DNA from: Octopus vulgaris
Taxonomy: Eukaryota
Direction of reading: 5' to 3'
Assembly (NCBI GenBank): GCA_951406725.2
Contig: OX597828.1
Span: 6,448,001-6,512,000, forward strand
DNA length: 64,000 nucleotides
Under the pieces are notes generated by a model. The model saw nothing but the letters and a program-made list of their open reading frames with translations, had not been told where the DNA came from and did no database searches. Shown piece by piece: positions 56,611 through 64,000 of the stretch (position 1 is the stretch's first letter; each line of letters opens with the position of its first letter). Made by a program: the position numbers and the translations under genes.

Positions 56611-57295
56611 ATGACGGAGACAGGACAACACCTTACATTGTGGAGACGGTACGTAGCATAGGGGAGCGAATAGGCGAAAACTGGTGGTGGTTCAAAGAGG
56701 AGAAAAGCTCCTCAGCGCTCCACCAACGCGCTAAAATACAACACAGAGGCACGGTTAATAATATAGAGGTTATTATTAGAGCATAGAATACAAACGACAC
56801 TTAGATTACAGAAGCCACACTCAGAGTAATAGATAAACTGAGCTTCAACAGAAAACACAAATGAAGGAAAAGAAAAATGACATAGATACAGTGTAAGATA
56901 CACATCAAAGGCAAGCATGCACATAATTAAGATGAAATATAAAGGAGATAAATAAGTAGACAAAAGGGCATAGATACAAACAGTATAGTAAGCAAACCCA
57001 CATACTCACACACAAACATGCATACAGTAACCTCACAAACAATAGCTACAGTAACAACACGAAAAAGAACAATACCAACAACATGAACAACAATCACGAT
57101 GGCAAGAATATGAACGAACACAGAAAGATGCAAGAACGATATAAGGGTCAAGAATAGCGGCAGCAGCAGCAGTAGTAGCAATAAAGGATGAAATTTAAAT
57201 GCAGGGAAGGTCAATATACCAAGTATTGGTATCACTAAGAACAACACTAACGGTAACAACAGCTCAAACAGTACAGTGGGCAAGCCCATAGTAAT

Positions 57296-57528
57296 AATTC
57301 TGAAACGTTCTCCTCTGATCAGACACACACATATAGATGCATAAATACATAGATACATAGATACAGACATACACACAAACAACCAGATAAATAGGCACAT
57401 AGATGGAACAGTGAAACACAGTTGTCCTTCCCCGCCTTCAACCATACACGCGTACATGTATTGCATATTTTCTTCATTTGCATGAAATCCAAGGCATACT
57501 CAAAGACATAATCCCAATCTCCATTACA
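57296..57528 (+). repeat. 233-bp inverted duplicate of 62417-62649
   Basis: Reverse-complement match with about 4 mismatches by eye. Confidence 0.95.
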
Positions 57529-57760
57529 TACCCATACAAAACACATAGATACGCGAAGGCAAACGCGCGCGCATACACACACACTTACACACACACACAC
57601 ATGCATGCACGCACGTGACCATACACTCACGTGACCATACACTCACACAGATACAGACGCAAACGCGTGCGCAAATGAGGATAGACATCATAGAAGAACG
57701 GCATGGACTAGGTGAAGAAGGATACACGCGGATGGGAAGGGTAGATGATAAGGCAGATAA

Positions 57761-58174
57761 GGTGGGCGGGCTGGCAGAAACGTTAGCACGCTGGAAAAAA
57801 TGCTTTGTGGTATTTCGCCCGCCGCTGCGTTCTGAGTTCAAATTCCGCCAAGGTTCACTCTGCCTTTCATCCTTTCGGGATCGTTAAATTAAGTACCAGT
57901 TACGCACTGGGGTCGATGTAATCGACTTAATCCCTTTGTCTGTCCTTGTTTGTCCTCTCTGTGTTTAGCCCCTTGTGACTAGTAAAGATATAGGTATTTC
58001 GTCTACCGTTACGTTCTGAGTTCAAATTCCGCCGAGGTCCACTTTGCCTTTCATCCTTTCGGGGTCGATTAAATAAGTACCAGTTACACACTGGGGTCGA
58101 TGTAATCGACTTAATTCCTTTGTCTGTCTTTGTTTTCCCCTCTATGTTTAGCCCCTTGTGGGCAATAAAGAAAT
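57761..58174 (+). mobile_element. SINE family B dimer (full + headless copy)
   Basis: Head GGCGGGCTGGCAGAAACGTTAGCACG; body repeats from about 57993. Confidence 0.9.
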
Positions 58175-58937
58175 ATGATGGAAAAGGTAGTTGAAGGGGT
58201 CACAGATGTGTGGCGGAAGATTTCCAGACAATGGATATAAGATAAAACATTTTAACATGCATTGCGTAGATTGCATAGTTTAGTTTAAAGACAAGAATTG
58301 CACATACACACAAAAATATTTGAGTTTCAGTATTAAATATACGTATGTGAATGTGTGTATACGTGAGTATGTATATGTATATTCGCATACGCATATCCAC
58401 TTCTATAACTGAAAATGTAAAGCATGCAGAGTAACAATTAGCCAATACAAAACTCATTCGATCTACATAAAGATACTCGTATTCTTACTCAATTACAGCA
58501 TTCGATCTCATTACTTTGACCTCCATATTAACCTAGTTCTCTTAACCACTATAGCTACTACCCGACAAATATTGAAACAGAACTGGCTCACGCCAACCTA
58601 CCTAGATTAACTCCATCCTCTGGTGCTAGAAATCAAGGAAAATATGATTAAAACAAATTACTAAGCCCAATTAAGTATTCTTCATTGAATTCCACTTGAC
58701 CGATCCTTTATCTGGTCGAATACCCTGCTAGAAATAACAAACACATTTTCTTTATGGTCAAATCCTAACATCTTAAAAACTTTATAATTTACATTAGTGA
58801 CAATATTGACCTAAATACGCTAAATGTATCGATTATAAATTTGGTTTGAATGTGCTGATTTCTGGCTAAATTTATAATACTTCACTTGACCCGCTTACTA
58901 TATATATATTTATATATATTTACATATATTTACATGC

Positions 58938-58972
<35 letters not shown>

Positions 58973-59178
58973 CATATGGATGTGTATGAGCATGTTGCGT
59001 TGTATGTGATATTTTCCATGTAGTATGTCTTGATAGGTGCAGGCGTTCTTACAGTTATATACGTACTCACGCGCACACACACACGTGTATGTATGTATAT
59101 ACATATATATATTTATATGAGTGTATGTGTATAAAATATACATCATATATTTAGATATACACATGTGTCTATGTATAC

Positions 59179-59241
<63 letters not shown>

Positions 59242-59743
59242 AGTGTGTGTGTGTGTGCGTGTGCGTTTTTCCCTATATTCGTTTATGCATAAATCAAGTA
59301 CGATCGGTACATATTCGTTGAAAGGAAATCCTTAGTTATATTCGGAATATATAGAAATACATAGAAAGCTCAAAATATTTCTATACCTTCATCTCATTGA
59401 CATTTAACACAGCATTCCTCGTCTTTCGGGGTCAGGATGACCTTCATAGAACAGGCTTTGTAATTGTTGTTCTTGCAACTGCTGCCGCTGCTGTTGATGC
59501 TGCTGCTGCTGCTGCTTATATTATTGTTGTCTTTAGGTGTTGTTGTTGGTGTTGAACTCCGACCTATTTTTTTCTGCTTGACTGCGATTGGTTAATATCG
59601 AGAATAAGAACGGCTTGCTTCCGAGACAGCAGAGTCTTGTAAGCGGTTGGGTATTCTCAATCTCAGTGTAAATCTGATAAGAATAGGAAGCAATAACAAA
59701 GTCGACAGATTAATAATGATGATAATACAAGAAAAAAAAATAT

Positions 59744-59870
59744 TGATGACGACGACGACGACGACGACGATGATGATGATGATGATGATAAAAACAATAC
59801 TGATGATGATAACATTAGTGGTGATGTTGATGGTGATGATGATGATGATGATGATGACGACGGCGACGAA

Positions 59871-59905
<35 letters not shown>

Positions 59906-60238
59906 CGTCGACGACGACAATAATAATAATAATAACAGCAACAATAATAATAATAGTGTTTTTATTGCCACAAGGTCGTTGGGTGAGGGGCATTACAAGA
60001 CCATAAAATAACAACAATAGTAATAAAAGTAGTAGTAGTGGTGGTGGTGGTGGTGGTGGTGGTGGTGGTGGTGGTGGTGGTAGTAGTAGTAGTAGTAGTA
60101 ACGATAATAATATTGATGAAGAAGGGGGTGATGATGATGATAATGATGTTAATGACGAGGATGATGATGATGATGATGATGATGATGGTGACGGCGACAA
60201 TAATAATAATAATAATAATTATGATAATGATGATGATG

Positions 60239-60289
<51 letters not shown>

Positions 60290-60420
60290 GGAAGAAGAAG
60301 AAGAAGAAGAAGAAGAAGAAGAAGAAGAAGAAGAAGAAGAAGAAGAAGAAGAAGAAGAAGAAGAAGAAGAAGAAGAAGATCGTTAATACTACTAATAATA
60401 ATAATGATAGCAATAAGAAA
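59744..60420. repeat. Large compound trinucleotide array (GAC/GAT/AAT/GGT/AGT/GAA)
   Basis: Read directly from sequence. Confidence 0.95.
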
Positions 60421-60729
60421 AAAGTCTTGTTCTCACATGGGTGACGGTTTGGGATGACATTACAACGGCATATTAGGGACATGAACAAAAGCAACAACAA
60501 CAACAATAACAACAACAACAACAGCTTGCAGTAGCCATTACGGCAGCGACAACAGCCATAGTTACAGCAGATAGGTGAAAAAAATAGAATCTGATTAATG
60601 TATCTTTCGGAAATATTTTTTCTAAATACCTTTTCTTTTTACATTTTTTTTCCTGCTTTATTATTATTTTTTAAGGAACTAGAATTAGTAAGGTTTTATT
60701 TAGAAGACAAAAGATTGGTGCGTATGAGT

Positions 60730-60762
<33 letters not shown>

Positions 60763-61066
60763 GAGGTGGATTTAGAAGGCTTCGTGAAAATTGTACTGGT
60801 GATGCGTTACTTATAGCAGAGATGGAAAATATCGTGAGAGGAAGTGAGTAACAGAATAATGAATAAGAATAAAATATAGAAAAAGTTGAGTTAAAATGGT
60901 TAGGGAAAAAAATAATAATAATAAACATTAAAAAAATTTAGATAAAGGATAAAAGAGATAAAGCATAAAGATAAAAGAGAGAATCGGGTAGAATAATTGG
61001 TTTATTGGTAGTTATGGAACCTCAGATTCGAAGGATTGGAAGAATGGTACGGATGGGAAGGAAGTG

Positions 61067-61101
<35 letters not shown>

Positions 61102-62056
61102 AGAGAGAGAATGGGGATAGAGAGAGTTGTAGAGAGTGAAGGAGAGAGAAGCTGGTGAGAATGTCTCACATGCATGCCCTTCCCCAAGAGCTCTTAAATG
61201 AAACTGCTCCGATCTAAATTTGAAAGATGCGTGAGACGTGACATCAGCTCACCTGCAGACAGTGAAAGAGGAGGGAGCGGCAGTAGTGATGGAGGAGGTG
61301 GTGGTGGTGGTGGTGGTGGTGGTGGTGGAGGCAGCGGAGGCAGGGGGGATAGCGGGGCCGGCGGTGGTAACTAGTGATGGGGGTGCTGGTGGTGGTAGCG
61401 GTAATGGTGGTGGAAAAAAAAACGGGGGTTGGGAAATAAGAGAAATAAAATGAGAGATAGAGAGAATAATAAAAGGAAGCAAGAGTTTTGGGCTTATATT
61501 GTTTCATTTATTTTTATGGAAGGATTTTTTTTGCTGTGTGTGTGTGTGTGTGCTTTATATTTTTTTACGTTTGAGCAGAATATAAAAGATAATGAGATTG
61601 TGTGTTTGTGTGTAAATCTTTGTGTGTGTTCGTGTGTGGTGCGCGTGTGCGGATGAGGGAGTGTATGTGTGTGCATGTGTAAGGGAAAAAACGATGCTGT
61701 GGCTTATGGGGTGGAAAACAAGGGACAGAGTAACAGACAGAGATACATACATACATATATGCATGCAAATACTCAAATATAACGCACAGACGTAAACCTA
61801 TGACTACATACACACACACACATGCATATACATACATATATATGTGTGTGTGTGTGTGTGAGTGTATACATATGTAAATACATACAGACACGCGCGCGCT
61901 CAGACACAACCTCACACACAGACATACGCACATATGTATATGTATATATATTTAATCTTTTACATCTTTCAGCCATCAAACGACGGCCATGCTGGGGCAC
62001 CACCTATATTTATCCCTAAATAGATATACACATACAGTTAAAGCAATGCAAGCCTG

Positions 62057-62164
62057 TACCCACGTATAATATTATATATATATATATATTATACGTATAT
62101 ATTATATTATATATATATCATATTATATATATATATACCCACGTATATATTATATTATATATAT

Positions 62165-62208
<44 letters not shown>

Positions 62209-62232
62209 CACGTATATATTATATTATATATA
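62057..62232. repeat. AT-rich minisatellite, three units starting TACCCACGTATA
   Basis: Motif recurs near 62057, 62136 and 62204. Confidence 0.8.
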
Positions 62233-62416
62233 TGTATTGTATATCTAAATATATATGAATATAAATAAATATTTTATAAATGTATGTGCGCGTGGTGTGT
62301 GTAGGCAATTAATCGGGTAAAATACCCATGGACGCCAGATGCTCACGGATAGTATTAGCGAGAAAGAGAGAGGGAGAGAGGGAGGGAGAGAGAAAGGGAG
62401 AGAGAGAGGGGGCGTG

Positions 62417-62649
62417 TGTAATGGAGATTGGGATTATGTCTTTGAGTATGCCTTGGATTTCATGCAAATGAAGAAAATATGCAATACATGTACGCGTGTA
62501 GGGTTGAAGGCGGGGAAGGACAACTGTGTTTGAATGTTCCATCTATGTGCCTATTTATCTGGTTGTTTGTGTGTATGTCTGTATCTATGTATCTATGTAT
62601 TTATGCATCTCTATGTGTGTGTCTGATCAGAGGAGAACGTTTCAGAATT
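62417..62649 (-). repeat. Partner arm of the 233-bp inverted duplication
   Basis: See 57296-57528. Confidence 0.95.
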
Positions 62650-63241
62650 GGTGTAGAATAGAGAGAAGTAGAGAACATGTTAGAGAGGGTATTGGAATTT
62701 AGAGCGACATGGGGGGTGGTTCTTTTAATTGTATATATGTGGAAAGATAGAATGAAATAATGGAAGTATATATGTAGAGGAGAGGGTAAGTTGCAGCGAG
62801 TTAGGAATTGAGTTGAAAGAATTTTTAGAATTTTATTAAATAGTTAGACGGCGGAGAATATGAAAAAGAAAAGCGAATGGGCAAGGAAGAGGGGCATGCA
62901 TACTCTCTCTCTCTCTCTCAAACACACACATACACTCATACACCCACATATACACGAACATATATATAAACAAATATATACATGTGCTTGTGTGTGTGTG
63001 TTTTTTTTTAATTGTCACCCATTTTATTGCGGCCATGCTGTAGCTTTACCTTGAAGAATTTTTAATCGAATGAATCGAATGAACCTTTGCATTATTTTTA
63101 TTCCAAGTACTTATTTATCGGTATTTTTGCCGAACTGCTAGTTTACGGGGAATACAGGGGACTATGGCTTAGTATATATGTCTGTTTTTACATCATTGTA
63201 ACACGCTACTTAAATGCATTTAACTGGCTTTCTGTTACAAT

Positions 63242-63560
63242 ATTGTTATGTCACCTGTCTTCGGCATTTTAAAAAAATTTGCATGAAATGTTTTGTAATC
63301 TTACATAACACACACACACAGCACATATACAAACACACAGACGGTCACACACACACACACGCACACAGACACACACACGCAGATAATTCAAATTTTTAAA
63401 AAATGCCGAAGACAGGTGACATAACAATAAGCAGGTGTATTAGTTCAACGCTCGGGAAGAATGGAAAAGTTATTGATGTTTTGAGCCTACGCTCCTCGAC
63501 AGAAAAGAATGAGAAGAAAGAAATGGTGAAAGAAAACAAAAAACCAAAGAAAATACGGCG
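63242..63560 (-). mobile_element. Penelope-like terminal fragment with inverted tail and degenerate HHR-like motif
   Basis: 63242-63280 is approximately the reverse complement of 63389-63429; minus strand CTGTCGAGGAGCGTAGGCTCAAAAC followed by TTCCCGAGCGTT..TAATAC resembles 1780-1850. Confidence 0.55.
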
Positions 63561-63929
63561 CGAGAAAAAAAATATAACAACGGGCTACTTTCACTTTCCA
63601 TTGACCCAAACTACTCAAAAATTTTAGTTGCCCCTAGGATATGGTTACCCTATGGCTAAGGTGCAGCGCATTGCGACTGAGTCCAAACCACGTAGTTGTG
63701 AAACAAATTTCTTAGTAACAGTGCTACACCGACATCCATATAACTTTAATTCTTTTCTTAATGTATTGAGTATTTTTTTAAAATTTAGGCCTGATTGCTT
63801 TCATGTGCTTTCAAAAGATTAGTCACACTCTAACCGACACACAAGAACACATAATTGCATATATATACATATATACATATTAATGTTTAAATACAGTTAT
63901 ATATGTATAAATGCATATGTACGTGTTAG

Positions 63930-63988
<59 letters not shown>

Positions 63989-64000
63989 CGAAGCGCATTC

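Overview
AT-rich eukaryotic intronic or intergenic DNA, dense in microsatellites. The SINE families and repeat landscape resemble an octopus/coleoid cephalopod genome; this is inferred from recalled repeat sequences, not from a search. No host protein-coding exon can be supported, and most ORF-track entries are translations of simple repeats. The window holds decayed mobile elements: two CR1-like LINE pieces (one young, with a 411-aa RT ORF), three R4/Dong-like RLE-LINE pieces all touching (CATA/TATG)n, RTE fragments, a hAT (Charlie/Buster-type) transposase relic, two Tc1/mariner relics and many tRNA-derived SINEs from at least three families. The most notable signal is a set of Penelope-type type I hammerhead ribozyme (HHR) motifs with palindromic stem III in several non-coding elements. 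These include a near-perfect HHR at 5625-5711 and a 564-bp circularly permuted, HHR-bearing unit arranged as a tandem plus inverted array (31011-32363), which resembles a retrozyme/circRNA-derived insertion. A tRNA-headed element with an HHR-bearing tail is also present (13781-14485). Two inverted duplications with arms about 5 kb apart and several foldbacks could form long dsRNA.
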